Of a stretch of 64,000 nucleotides of DNA, positions 49,931 to 61,899 are shown piece after piece. A program made the translations under genes and the position numbers. This stretch comes from Macrostomum lignano (taxonomy: Eukaryota): contig NIVC01001607.1 in assembly GCA_002269645.1 (NCBI GenBank), positions 124,001 to 188,000 of the forward strand, in the 5' to 3' direction. How positions within the stretch are numbered: position 1 is the first letter of the stretch; the number at the start of each line of letters is the position of its first letter. The notes under the pieces were generated by a model. It searched no databases and was not told the origin of the DNA. It saw only the letters and a program-made list of their open reading frames with translations.

Positions 49931-51756
49931 TCACCTGAATTATTCCCTGAATATCTGAATTCTATCCCTATTCGGCTGTATTTCTCCATGTTCTCCTAAA
50001 TTATCAATTCCAATTGTTCTCAAGAGTTCATTGTTTGTTCAGCATCATTTCTTAAACCCTGTTCACTCTTTATATATGATATATCCGCCTGGTCTTTTCA
50101 GACTCCTTGCTTCAATTTTTATGTTTTCAAAAGTTGTTCCTTTTGCCATTTTGTCCCCGAAAAGCAACGGCAAGCCAATGTTCTAATTCGAGTTCACAGT
50201 TACTACCGATTGTAAAATTTATTTTGGTATAATGTAATAAGTTTTTTTAATCAACTTGAGTTGTTTTTACCAGCTATAGTTTGTGCGAACTCGAAATGCA
50301 GAAGACTGGATTAACAATAAATATATTCAAAATGCTTTTAAGTATATATATATATATATATATAAGATACGCGTTACTCATTTTTGAAGAGATAGCAGCG
50401 CTGATCATACGAAAATGGGTGAAAAATGTCCTACTTATCTGCAATGGAATGCAGCGACTCGGTTTCAGCATTCTCTGTGATTACATCATCAGTCTCAGAA
50501 TCCGATGTATGCAAAATGTCCATGGTTGTAGCTGATTTACTTTTCAATAAAATGATGCACTACTCGTATTAAGGAGGTGCAGTGCTTTCTCTTTCAAAAA
50601 GGCCTGTTTGCAGATTTTAAAGTGAACTGCAGTGTCTATTGCTAGATATCGAGTAGCTAGTGTACACACTGCATAATCTATTCAGAGAGCATTAAGTGAA
50701 ATGCACTTTGAAGCTGTTTTTTTCGACCCAAGATTTGTCCAAGCCAAGTATAAAATGCTCCCTTCTCGGCTAGAAAGGCTTTGCACAGGGGCGCATTAAG
50801 ATTCTAGCTATAGTCTATGGCCAGCCCTGCTGACCATGTCGGCAGGAACGGAGCTTTTGTATTTCTAGTACTACTACTTCTAGTACTTTTGTATTTACAT
50901 ATGAGATCAAACTTTGATAGCTCAGATCCTACAAATCTAAGAAATAGTATCCTGTATGTGTTGCACTTTTTGAGCCTCAAAAAGTTGAAGCCTGTGTTTA
51001 AAAAAGATCCGCTTAATAGCTAAATCGGCGTATGGAATGGAGGGATTCTTCGTTGTCAAGATTATCTGGGTTTAGGTCAAAATAAGGCGAAGTCTTTACT
51101 TGATTTTAAAAGGAATTTATATAGGAATATTTTCTTACCTTGTACATGTACATTGTCGCTTCCTAATGGTTGAAGCAGGGGTCAGCTGTTACTTGCTGGA
51201 GCATTCTCATTGATTTTTAACATTCAGAATTCAGAATAGAAACTTTGGTGCCTAGAATGTATCACTTCACCTGTCCATTAGATCAAAAGACCTTAAATGA
51301 CGACTCGAGAGCTATTCTCAAGTTAGCAGGTACTCGAAAGGAAGTGATGTTTTATCTCTAGACAATTGTACTTAGTGGCAGCTTTGGGCGGTTTTTTTCT
51401 CTAGAAGCAAAATAGTTTTTTGTTTGTGCGAAGTAAACTTCTTTACCTCCATTTCCAAGAAATTAGCGGCGACAAAAACAAGCAAAATTGCACTCGCATT
51501 TTTAGACCGTCAGTCATATCTGAACGCATGCATACTAATAGTTATCTCAGCGCAACATGAACATCGTGAAAGGCAGATAAAACGTCAGTGATAAAAATAC
51601 ATCAGCTAGCCGTGGAATTTCCACGGATTTGCCAGGCTAGACTTATAGACGCAGCGTTTATAACAAGGGCCATAAAAAACTCTATTAGGGAATCTCAGGT
51701 GGCTATACTTGACTTTGAGGGCATTCTAAACCACTGACGTTCAGTTTGCCGGCATT

Positions 51757-52292
51757 ATGTGCATGCAGAAGGAATTGGTTTTCAAAGAAAAAGCCAAAGT
51801 CGACGAGGCTCTAGAAGTGCTCAAGCCAGGCTGGGCTGTGGCCTTTGACAGAGGCTGCTATCAGCACTTTGCTATCTACATCGGCAAAGGGTACCTGAGT
51901 AAATTGGAAACTGGAGAAATATCCATCCCAGGTGCGTCCAGCCCGTGCGTCACATCATTTGTCAACTATCCAACTCAAAGAAAGACGGTAAAGGCGTCAT
52001 TTCCGTTGAAGACTTCCATACTGTTGCCAAGGACTCAAAGATAATCGTGTTTGAGTGCAGCTGCTCCGACCTGCAATGTGAAGCTGTCATTGAGACGAGT
52101 CTCGGGTGTCTTGGCGAAACGCACTACAGCCTGCAAAAGAACAATTGCGAGCACTTTGTGAGGCGCATTCTGGAAAATGAAAGCGTGAGCTATCAGGTGA
52201 AGCGACTCGGTGAAAGTATCCGTGACCTCTCAGGCTTCTGGCGCAAGGCTAGCACGTCTAGCAAAGCATCACGCCTTAACCCCGACATGTAA
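51757..52292 (+). CDS. LRAT/PLAAT (HRASLS, permuted NlpC/P60) domain
   Basis: KPG...YQHFAIYIGKG and YSLQKNNCEHFV...SYQV align to the PLAAT consensus. The two frames join through a 41-bp GT-AG intron at 51891-51931. Strong donor GTAAGT at 52289, overlapping the stop codon. Confidence 0.82.
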
Positions 52293-52334
52293 GTGAGTTT
52301 TCATTTCCTCTATTGATGCATGGCTTATTGGCTA

Positions 52335-52613
52335 GGGGCCGTTGTAGCCTAGTAGTTAGAGCGTCGGACTCACGACTTAAAGATCGGAGGTTCGATTCTC
52401 GACCCAACTCGGAACAATTTGTATCCTTGAGCAAGACATTAACTCTGCATTGCTTCAGTTTACCCAGCAGTAAAATGGGTGCCAAGCATTAGCTTGGGTA
52501 ATTGAGCTAGGTGTGGCGACGTCTCAGTCCTTGGACTGAACAGCCGTACGCAGCCTTCAGATGCGCCGCACAATAGCTGCGGCTGAGCTGTCGATTGCAC
52601 ATCTGCCCATTAG
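52335..52613 (+). mobile_element. tRNA-derived CORE-type SINE, copy 2
   Basis: Same head, CORE and tail as copy 1; lies between the donor at 52289 and the acceptor at 52686. Confidence 0.85.
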
Positions 52614-53111
52614 AGCAGGTGTTATCAATTATTACTATTATTAATTATTCGCTAAGTAAATTTCTAGCTTTGCTTTCCAATCGCAGGTATGTGTTTCTAC
52701 TTCGAGAACCAGACAATCACGTCGCTGCAGAGACCAGAAGCAGAGTTCGCATCGGTCCTAAATTTGCCTACGCCAGACTATCGCCATTGAGTGACCAGAA
52801 GGTCCGCTCTCTTGAGCGATGGCCCACAAAGTCTCGCCAGACCGGTAAAGAAAAGCTGTTTTATTAGTAAGCATGAAATTCGTAAATCCTGGCTCTAAGA
52901 ATAAATCCCAAACATACATCTCAGGTGGTCGGTCCATCGAAGGCCTTAAAGGAATAGAGTACAAGGAGACTGTACCCCTAGCTGCAGACCGTACGTAAGT
53001 TACCACCGTTCTGCTTGTCTGCCTTGCATTTCCGTTGTAAATTGAGGCACGGGACCCTTTTATTTTTTTGCATGTGAACTTCAGAAACGAACAGGAAGAA
53101 CTGCTCTCAGC

Positions 53112-54019
53112 ATGGGAATTGCAGCAGCACGAAGACCAGAGTTTGATGGTGCCGGGGAACTTGAGCCCAACCGTCCAAACACGTCAGTATACACACAAGT
53201 CGCTGTTAATAATTTACTTGAACTTACCGTACTCTTAACTTCACTTGCAGCAGCGTTGGTGGCCTTGCTGGGACTCAGCCACGAGTGCCCCTGCTGTCAT
53301 ACACAATGACCTCCCCTCAGGGTGTCTGTCTGGTGATTAACATCAACAAATACTCCGCTTCCTCTGGGTTTAACTGCCGCCCTGGCTCAGAGCTGGATGT
53401 CACTCGCATCAAGGAGGTCTTTGGACGGTTGGACTTCGAATTGAGAGTTGCTGAGGATCTGCCAGCCTACGATATCGATAAATTGCTGCACGAAGTTGCC
53501 ATTGAGGAGGAAATTATGCACCACGGCTGCTTTGTCTGCTTTCTCATGGCTCACGGCAATGAAAAATCAATCTTTGGCAGCAACGGCAATGCACTGGAGC
53601 TGAACCGCATTCTAGAGACTTTCCAGTCGGACATCTGTCCGGGCCTACTCGGCAAGCCAAAGATATTCTTCGTACAGGCCTGTCGAGGCCAAACCATTGA
53701 AGTCTGCGAAGAATCGACTGACAGCGCTCCGATGGAAAGACGATTCAGTCCAAAGGGAAGCGACTTCCTGGTCTGCAGATCGAGCACCAAGGACTCACCG
53801 GCCTACAGAAACAGCACGACGGGCTCCTTCTTTGTTCAGACCGTGTGCAACGAGATCGAGAAGCATCACTCGGATGAAGACATCAAGGAAATAATGACCA
53901 GAGTGAATGCTCAGATGGAGCGAGCTCGTTTTCCGATCCATTCAACGATCGCGTGCACGATTTCAGAGTTCACCTGCACCCTAACGAAAAAGTGCCTCTT
54001 GAAACCGTTGTACCAGTAA
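53112..54019 (+). CDS. Caspase (peptidase C14A); minimal model exons 53112-53182 and 53251-54019, possibly extended upstream to the LRAT domain
   Basis: GVCLVININ, RPGSELD, FLMAHG, GKPKIFFVQACRG, ESTD/S linker, SDFLVCRSST...YRN...GSFFVQTVC. Catalytic His and Cys and the P1-Asp pocket Arg/Gln/Arg are present. Confidence 0.93.
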
Positions 54020-54599
54020 GGACTCAATTTAGTTACGACTTCATCTATATACCAGTATATATAAATCTAAGCTTCATTGTTCTACCTATAGCTAGAGTAC
54101 ACAATTTTACGTTAATACAGCTACAGGTATCGACGTAATTGTTGACAGGCCGAAGTCGTGTTTTCTGATTGCCATTTAAAATAGAAGACACAGTTTTCAT
54201 TTTTTATAGGTATAGATTATCATTCTGTACAATGTCAATTCATTTGTTAATATGAATTCATGTGAAAAAAATTCCATTTTCGAAATTAATTGTCTCTCAA
54301 ATTGCTTATCCTCATTTAATCTTCAAAGTTGGCCCTCACCTGTGTAATAAATAACACTCGAGGCATTCGATATTTACTTTCTCTTCTATTGAAGTCGGTT
54401 TTTTCTATTAGGCTTTTACGAGCTTCCAAAAAAATCTTACACTGTTCAAGATTTTATGCAGATCTTTCAATCCAATTGAATCTCCCGGAGGTTAACTTTG
54501 TCTGGTAAATGTCATCTCATCTCTCTCCTATTTTCCTTTCTCTTTAATTCTCTACCATCTCCCCACTTCACTGTCTTCTCTCTCTCTCTACTCCACAGT

Positions 54600-55475
54600 T
54601 CTCTCTCCCTCTACTCCACTTCTCTCTCCCTTTACTCCACTTCTCTCTCCCTTTACTCCACTTCTCTCTCCCTTTACTCCACTTCTCTCTCCCTTTACTC
54701 CACTTCTCTCTCCCTTTACTCCACTTCTCTCTCCCTTTACTCCACTTCTCTCTCCCTTTACTCCACTTCTCTCCCCTTTACTCCACTTCTCTCTCCCTTT
54801 ACTCCACTTCTCTCTCCCTTTACTCCACTTCTCTCTCCCTTTACTCCACTTCTCTCTCCCTTTACTTCACTTCTCTCTCCCTCTACTCCACTTCTCTCTC
54901 CCTTTACTCCACTTCTCTCTCCCTCTACTCCACTTCTCTCTCCCTTTACTCCACTTCTCTCTCCCTTTACTCCACTTCTCTCTCCCTTTACTCCACTTCT
55001 CTCTCCCTTTACTCCACTTCTCTCTCCCTTTACTCCACTTCTCTCTCCCTTTACTCCACTTCTCTCTCCCTTTACTCCACTTCTCTCTCCCTTTACTTCA
55101 CTTCTCTCTCTTTACTCCACTTCTCTCTCCCTTTACTTCACTTCTCTCTCCCTTTACTCCACTTCTCTCTCCATCTACTCCACTTCTCTCTCCCTCTACT
55201 CCACTTCTCTCTCCCTCTACTCCACTTCTCTCTCCCTTTACTCCACTTCTCTCTCCCTCTACTCCACTTCTCTCTCCCTTTACTCCACTTCTCTCTCCCT
55301 CTACTCCACTTCTCTCTCCCTTTACTCCACTTCTCTCTCCCTCTACTCCACTTCTCTCTCCCTTTACTCCACTTCTCTCTCCCTTTACTCCACTTCTCTC
55401 TCCCTCTACTCCACTTCTCTCTCCCTTTACTCCACTTCTCTCTCCCTCTACTCCACTTCTCTCTCCCTTTACTCC

Positions 55476-55530
<55 letters not shown>
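54600..55530. repeat. 21-bp CT-rich minisatellite (ACTCCACTTCTCTCTCCCTTT) followed by (CT)n
   Basis: Seen directly; it produces the 400-aa SLSLYST pseudo-ORF. Confidence 0.97.
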
Positions 55531-55532
<2 letters not shown>

Positions 55533-56585
55533 CCACAGTTCTCTCTCATCTCTGCTCCACTTCTCTGCCCTATCACCATTTCCTGTTTCCTTCTCCTCAC
55601 CCTCTCTAGTATCTATTCTCTTTCTGTATGGCATGCTCGTACATGTACTTGTCTGCGTCAAATATTCCGCTTGTTGTTGAGAATAGACTTATCTTCATGA
55701 ATACTATTTATATAATCAATAAATTTGTGAACAAATATTTCCATTATTATAAATGTCGTAATAGTTTATGATTCGGTTTATTAATTAGAAATTATAGATA
55801 ATTTTATTAAAATCACAAGTTAGGGTAAACTTAAAGTCAGATCTGAATGCAACTTTGTGTTAACTTTGCCAGCCTAAAGTGCTTCTCTGCAAAGGTCTTG
55901 AATATTTAGAGCTTTAATTGTTTACTTTAAAATATTCATTACTAATTTGTTTCGAATATGCAGATTTCATGTCTCGCTACAGTAACACGGAGCTGTACAA
56001 AAAAGAAATTGGAAAATCGACAGTAATTAAGGAAGTACATTGAAACAAAATAAAATAGTATCTTTCATATAGTACCGGAAAAACCTGAATGATTCTCCCT
56101 AATTTCAAGGCATTTACAGGTAGCAAAGTACGCTCGCTCGTATTATTCCAAATGTAAAAAGGTGCATAAAAGTTTTCCAGTTTTTAAACGTTTTCTCAGA
56201 AAAATGTACCTTTAAAGATGCACATAATACACGACAAAAAAATTCAATGAATATTACATTTTAAAGCAAAGTATAAATTGATGATCAATTTTTGGCCACA
56301 AAATTTAAAACACGCCCAATACCTTGGACTCATTCAAAAGTAAAAGGCAGCATCGACCGAGCTGTATGCCCTGACCTGTAGACCTGTATGCCCGGTAGAC
56401 CAAAGCTTCAATTTTAAGTTTCAGTCTCGATCGAGCTACTCTTAGTCATATATTAAGCGTGTAGCTAGTCACTGCCGAAATTAAGTCTGGTTTTCAAACT
56501 TTCGAAAAATGTGAATTTGAATTATTTAAATATGGAGGCGTACACTAACAGGGAAGATCTATGCTTCAATGTATTCATCTTTTGT

Positions 56586-57002
56586 CAGGAGCGTCGCCAT
56601 TGGTTTTATGGTGGGGGACAAAGTAAAGAATTCTACATGTACACTATTTTAAGAATCGGCGTTGTCAGCGCTCATTTGGCGCTGCAGGCACTTATTTTGG
56701 CGCCAGAGGCACTCATTTTGGCGCCGGAGGCACTCATTTTGGCGCCGGAGGCACTCATTTTGGCGCCAGAGGCACTCATTTTGGCGCCGGAGGCACTCAT
56801 TTTGGCGCCGGAGGCACTCTTGTTTTCGCTGCAGGCACTCATTTTGGTGTTTCAGGCATTCATTTTGACGCCACAGGCGCTATATTTTGTCGCCCTGAAT
56901 CAAAATTATTGATTTTCCATACCGGGTCACAAGGTGGGGTGGGGGGGGAGCATTGGCATATCCCCCAATAGCTTTTACTTGGGGGAAGTGGCGACTCCCC
57001 TG
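56586..57002. mobile_element. hAT-like MITE with an internal 21-bp tandem array
   Basis: Imperfect TIRs CAGGAGCGTCGCCA and TGGCGACTCCCCTG; 8-bp TSD TCTTTTGT / GCTTTTGT; (GGCACTCATTTTGGCGCCRGA)n at ~56685-56830. Confidence 0.7.
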
Positions 57003-57102
57003 GCTTTTGTTGCCATGGCACCTTCGTTGATGGGGCGTAGCCTGTCAGTTAGCAGCATAGAGCCCGTTCTATATCCATATTACGCGATAGGTTGCCAAAT
57101 CA

Positions 57103-60100
57103 TCAGGCCGCCACATTGTTTCTCGACCAGTCGGGATTGTAGGGCGGCGGTTTCTCGCCGTTGTCGCCGCCGCTGGCTCCAGCGGACGTCGCCGGCGCCG
57201 CAGCGTCATTGCCGCCAGCCTCGAAGCCTAGGTTGGAGTAGGTGGAGTAGGCTGGCGCGGTGGCTGTGTAGGGCGGAGCGGCGGGGGAGGCAGTGAACGG
57301 AGGGGGTGGCGGCGGCATCGGGTAGGACGGCGGCACTCCGGCGGCTTCGCCGATGACGAATGGTCCAGCGTTGACGTTGGAATTGGCGGCATTAAAGTTG
57401 CTCTGTCGTCGAGTTCGTCTAGCGGCAGCGTTCCGACGAATGCAGCAGACAAAGACGACGATGAGGCTGACCAGGATGACCAGAATGAAGCCGACAGTCA
57501 GCACGATGGCAATCATGCTTATGACGTTGCTGGCTGAATTTATCTGGCTTTTAAGGTTGTAGTAGGACTCGGTTCCGCCCTTGGGCATGTAGCACACGTA
57601 CTGCCGCCTGGTGTTGCAGTTGTCTTTGTAGAAGCGACCGCTCTGGTAAGTGATGCACTGGCAGTCGGAGCTGGTCTGACTGCACAGGCGGCCGGAAATG
57701 CTGCTGCAATATTGTAGACCAGTTAAGAATCAGAATCAGTTGAGGTCTAACGTGTTCATCGAAGTTGTGAAAAATTGTGTGAGAGTACATATTGTATTTT
57801 GTAAGGAAGACATTTAATCAGTCTGTAAGCATTCAGCGTTGAATCTTAAGGACGACTTAAGCATCAATTATCCAGTCGTTCAATTATACTCTGTAAACTC
57901 AATCTGATGGCAATGCGAAGAAATTTGGTAACACCTATTAACAATATCTGCAACTATGACCAAGGTATCAACTACAAAAATCTTTGATATGAACTGTTAA
58001 AATAGACTCACTCAAGCGAGTTGTACTTGTTGAGGAACTTCAGCTCGTCGTTCTTCTCGTACATGCCGACCCAGTATGTCAGTCGCGGGCTAACAACGCT
58101 CGAGGGCGCCGAGAACAGCTCCGCCGAGATCGAGTCGTAGTTGAAGTTGCCCATGACGAGGTTGGCCAGCAGCATGTTGCAGGCCTTAGCGGACTCATCG
58201 TAGGTCAAGTTCAGGGCCAGTCTAGGCACACCGTAGCAGTACCCAGCGGAGCTGGAGACTTTGTACCAACCAGTTGGGCAATCTGAGGTTTCCAGATGTT
58301 CAACGGTCATCCGGACGCCAGTTGCCTTACCGGCCGGCGTTGATTTGGTTTTCTGACGGACAGTGAAGCTGCCGCTGCTGATGCCTAACTGTCGGTAGAG
58401 AGTCCCGGCGCTGTTTAGAGAGATCAAGTTCTTTCCTCTGGTGCTGGTGCCTTCGTAGACATCGAACTCGGCCTGAGAAAGAGACGTAAACAGATTGTGA
58501 CGAATTGTTCCGGTTAGGGACTTGCTGGGCGAAGAAATATCGACATTTTCAGTCAACCTAGTTGTAGCCCAGTGGTCAGAGCGTCGGACTCACGACTGAA
58601 AGGTCGGATTTTCGATTCTCGACCCAACTCGGAAGAATTTGTGTCCTTGTGCTAGATACTTAACTCTGCATTGCTTCAGTTCACCAGCTGTAAAATGGGT
58701 GCCAGCATTAGTTGGGGTAATTGAGGCTGTGTGGCGACCCCCCCCCCAGTCCTTGGACTGAACAGCCGTACGCAGCCTTCAGATGCGCCGCGCAATAGCG
58801 GTTGCACATCTGCCCATTAGGGTAAGGTGTCATAAATTTTTTATTATTGTTATTATTATCAGTTGCCTAAAAACAGGAAAAACAGGAGTTAGCACCCCCC
58901 CAGGCGATTGACCTCTCGGAACGTTATCGGTACTTCCGTTCTCATGGCCGCACATGCATTAGAGAGGGCCGCAAATCAAGGTGATTGTTGATCTTAAGCC
59001 AGCAAGAAAGCTAGCAGTTATAATCAATTCTGCTGAACTCTGAGCACCGCACTTACATTCTTCGCAGGCACACACATTCGCACGGGGGCTGTACAGTGCG
59101 GCCCTGACTTTCTCAGCGTCAGATATATGCTAACTCTGTCTTTCTGTCTTTGGTGCTGGCCCTCTCGTGTGGGTTGGGATCGCTTGTCATGCCCGCCGCA
59201 GGTGAAGTTTCGTGCACCAGCCGCAAATTAATGTGACTTGGCACGGAAGCGAAGTCGGCTACTTGTTGCCCGTACATGTATACATGTAGCACTAGAGATA
59301 TAGTACCTTATAAATTCCATGGAATAATCAGACTTAGGCTTGGGACTCAAAACAAATTGCTTTTATTCTCACTTCGCAGTTGGAGTTTCACGAGCTATAC
59401 TCTGGTATTAGATTTTAAGAAACTTGGAGACCTCATACTATCTGCAAACTGACAAATCTAATGAAAGTACAACCTGGCGTCTTGCCTGATTGGGGTCTCA
59501 GTAATTTTATTCGAAAAATCAAATCAAAATAAATTTTATCAACGCTCATTCTTATCGAAGATGCTGCTTACTTGTCTGCACAAGTGATCGACCACTTCAT
59601 ACGTACTTTTTTCGTTTTGTTTTCTGGTGCATGCACTCAGCAACACGTTAAAGTAGTTTCCACCCCCGAAATCAATGGTCAACTTTGTTTAGATATCAGA
59701 CCCAAGTGACGCAACTCACGCCACGCATGCGGTTCTCGTCTCATCTTAAAAATGTACTTTATGAAAAAGATCCAGCCTTACCAGAAAAGAATTGAACTTC
59801 TATAACGGATCATCGACATTGAAAAGTCGCCACCCTTTGACCCAGTGAGCAGTGTTTTTCGACCAGCGTCTATCACCTGGCCAACCATTTTGATCTTAAA
59901 AATGCTTGAAAAAACCATGAAAACCGGGCGGCAGCGTCAATCCATCCAATCTTTGCCCTCCGCTCTTCCCAATCTCTCCTCACTCTGGCGCAAGTTGCGT
60001 CGCTCAAAAGACAATACTGAGCTAGAATTTACTGCGCACTCTCAAAGGTGGCGACTTTTTAATGCACATCGAAAAATCGCCATCACAGAAGATTCCATCT

Positions 60101-60733
60101 GTGGTCGCCACCTTTGAGAGTGCATGCGAAGTCTCTCAATCTTTGCGAGTGACGCATTCAGCTACGCCGCGGCAGACTTGAGTTGAGGAATAAAGTGGTG
60201 GAGCGGTGTGGCGGGTATTGGATGGATTAAAGTTACCCTGACCAGTTTTTTTCGTACCTTTTAGTTCAGAATAGTCCAAGAGAAATTGCTCACTGGCGCA
60301 TAGAGTGGCGACTTTTCAATGTTGCTGAGTATAGCTATCCCAAGTCCTAAGATAAAATTGATTCTTACTCCTGATCCTCTTCTATTATCTAAACCATGTA
60401 AAATCCACTACTTGTATAAGAATACATTATTTAAAAGGCCGATAGGCATTCGATCAGCTTTACCTGATAAGCGCTAAGGCTGATAGTATCCAAGGTGACT
60501 AGCCAACGGCTGGAACTGTACCCAATGATGGTGATGGTGCAGTCCATGTTTGGCTCCAGATAGCTGCTGTTCGGTGCCAAGGCGTGCAAGATGAACGTGT
60601 ATTTGCCATAGTTGGTCAGCCTCCGCTTTGAGAGGTCCGCTCCGGAGCAACCGTAGGTGTTCTGACTTACCACCGGGGTCAAGAGACCGCAACAGACGGC
60701 GGCTAAGATGAGCAAAATTTTTGCCTGCAGCAT
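57103..60733 (-). CDS. Type-I membrane receptor: signal peptide, CUB-like domain, C-type lectin domain, TM helix, Pro/Tyr-rich tail (443 aa)
   Basis: Exons 60733-60464, 58472-58012, 57703-57103 (GT-AG, phases 0 and 2, 1332 nt). YLEPNMDCTITI and FDVYEG (CUB); CPTGW...CY...AKAC...YWVGM...CNTRRQYVC (CTLD); TM IAIVLTVGFILVILVSLIVVFVCC. Confidence 0.85.
58561..58823 (+). mobile_element. tRNA-derived CORE-type SINE, copy 3
   Basis: A-box TAGCCCAGTGG, CORE segment and shared tail, followed by a (TTA)-rich stretch; lies in intron 1 of the receptor gene. Confidence 0.85.
59635..60330. mobile_element. MITE-like fold-back element in receptor intron 1
   Basis: Ends ACTCAGCAACA and TGTTGCTGAGT; inner inverted repeats ACATTGAAAAGTCGCCAC...CCAGTGAGCA at ~59816-59850 and ~60286-60322. 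The same end sequence recurs at ~36793-36812. Confidence 0.55.
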
Positions 60734-61899
60734 GACGTTGGTTGTGGTGCAGCAGGAGATATCTCAAATTTAAGTCTGCTTCTAAACTGAGAAGAGTTTT
60801 TTGTCTTCGTTTTTTGTTGAAAGGTTTTTTATACTCAAAGGAGCTGGTTTGCAGGGGTGCTGCTTGGGTGGGGCGAAGGTAGAAGAGAGAGGCAGCTGCA
60901 ATGTGCGGGGGTTGGCTGGACAATGCGTTAGCTGAATATATAGCTACTACTGAAATTTATTGTTAAGAGCTTGGCTATAGCAGATTCTATGCTCTTGCTT
61001 CACATTGCTCCCTCTTATTGTATGCGTAGACTTTAGCCCCTCTCCCCTGTTCCTCTCTCCTCTCAATATTTTTTATTCACTCCTGCCTGGCAACCCCTCA
61101 CCCCCTCTGGTGTGTTCAGCAATTCGTGCTAGAAATTGCGCGTGTTGAATGCTGTTGCGATGTGAGTACAATGATCGTTTACAAGCATATTGTGGGTTGA
61201 TTAAATGCATAGCGATTGGTTGAGATCCGATGGACGCCACACTACTGCATGCGTACGCCGGTCAGTGCACGCTAGCAATAGAAAAAGCAGATGACAATTT
61301 ATATCGCGACTGGCCAAGAACGATTTAATTTAATGATAAAAAAGCAAGGTATGCAAGTTCTTCACTGCGTTCCCTCTTGTTTTTCTATCTAACATTTAAG
61401 TTTTTCTGCAGTCCTACTAGAGCTGTCTCCATTTATTTGCTCTCCATTATGCGTCACGCTGCTTTTAATAGAAACTGTGAGATCTCTCATCGTACACAAA
61501 AATACTGCATACGGAGCGCACCCAGCGGCTGTAATAAGAACTTTGGAATCTGGGTGCGCTGCAAAAACTCTATTGAGCATATATAGCTATGATTCTAAAG
61601 TGGCAATGCAGCCTATATATCTGTGCTACGAGCAATATTTCTCTTCTTCATTGACGTCATATTCTTTTTTTATTGAATGCAAAAATACTGCAGGACATTG
61701 CCACTGGGGAGCTGGGTTATAAAATAATATTGCTTTAATCTTGTTTCGTCGCCGCCCCCCCCCCCAATAGCGCTCACGCTCACTTCACTTGCATCTCTTT
61801 TAACGTACATTATTAAGATTGAGTACATAACTAGCAATCTACGCCCCCCGTTGGGGAGCCAAAGAAATGCAACACACGTTTTTTTAATAAGCTACATGT

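Noticed and set aside
50070-50510. Possible small minus-strand multi-exon gene (MDILHTSDSETDD... and ...CELELEHWLAVAF...)
   Set aside because: No phase-consistent exon chain could be built and no recognisable domain was found.
56511-56912. ALILAPE-repeat ORF
   Set aside because: It is the internal 21-bp array of a MITE.
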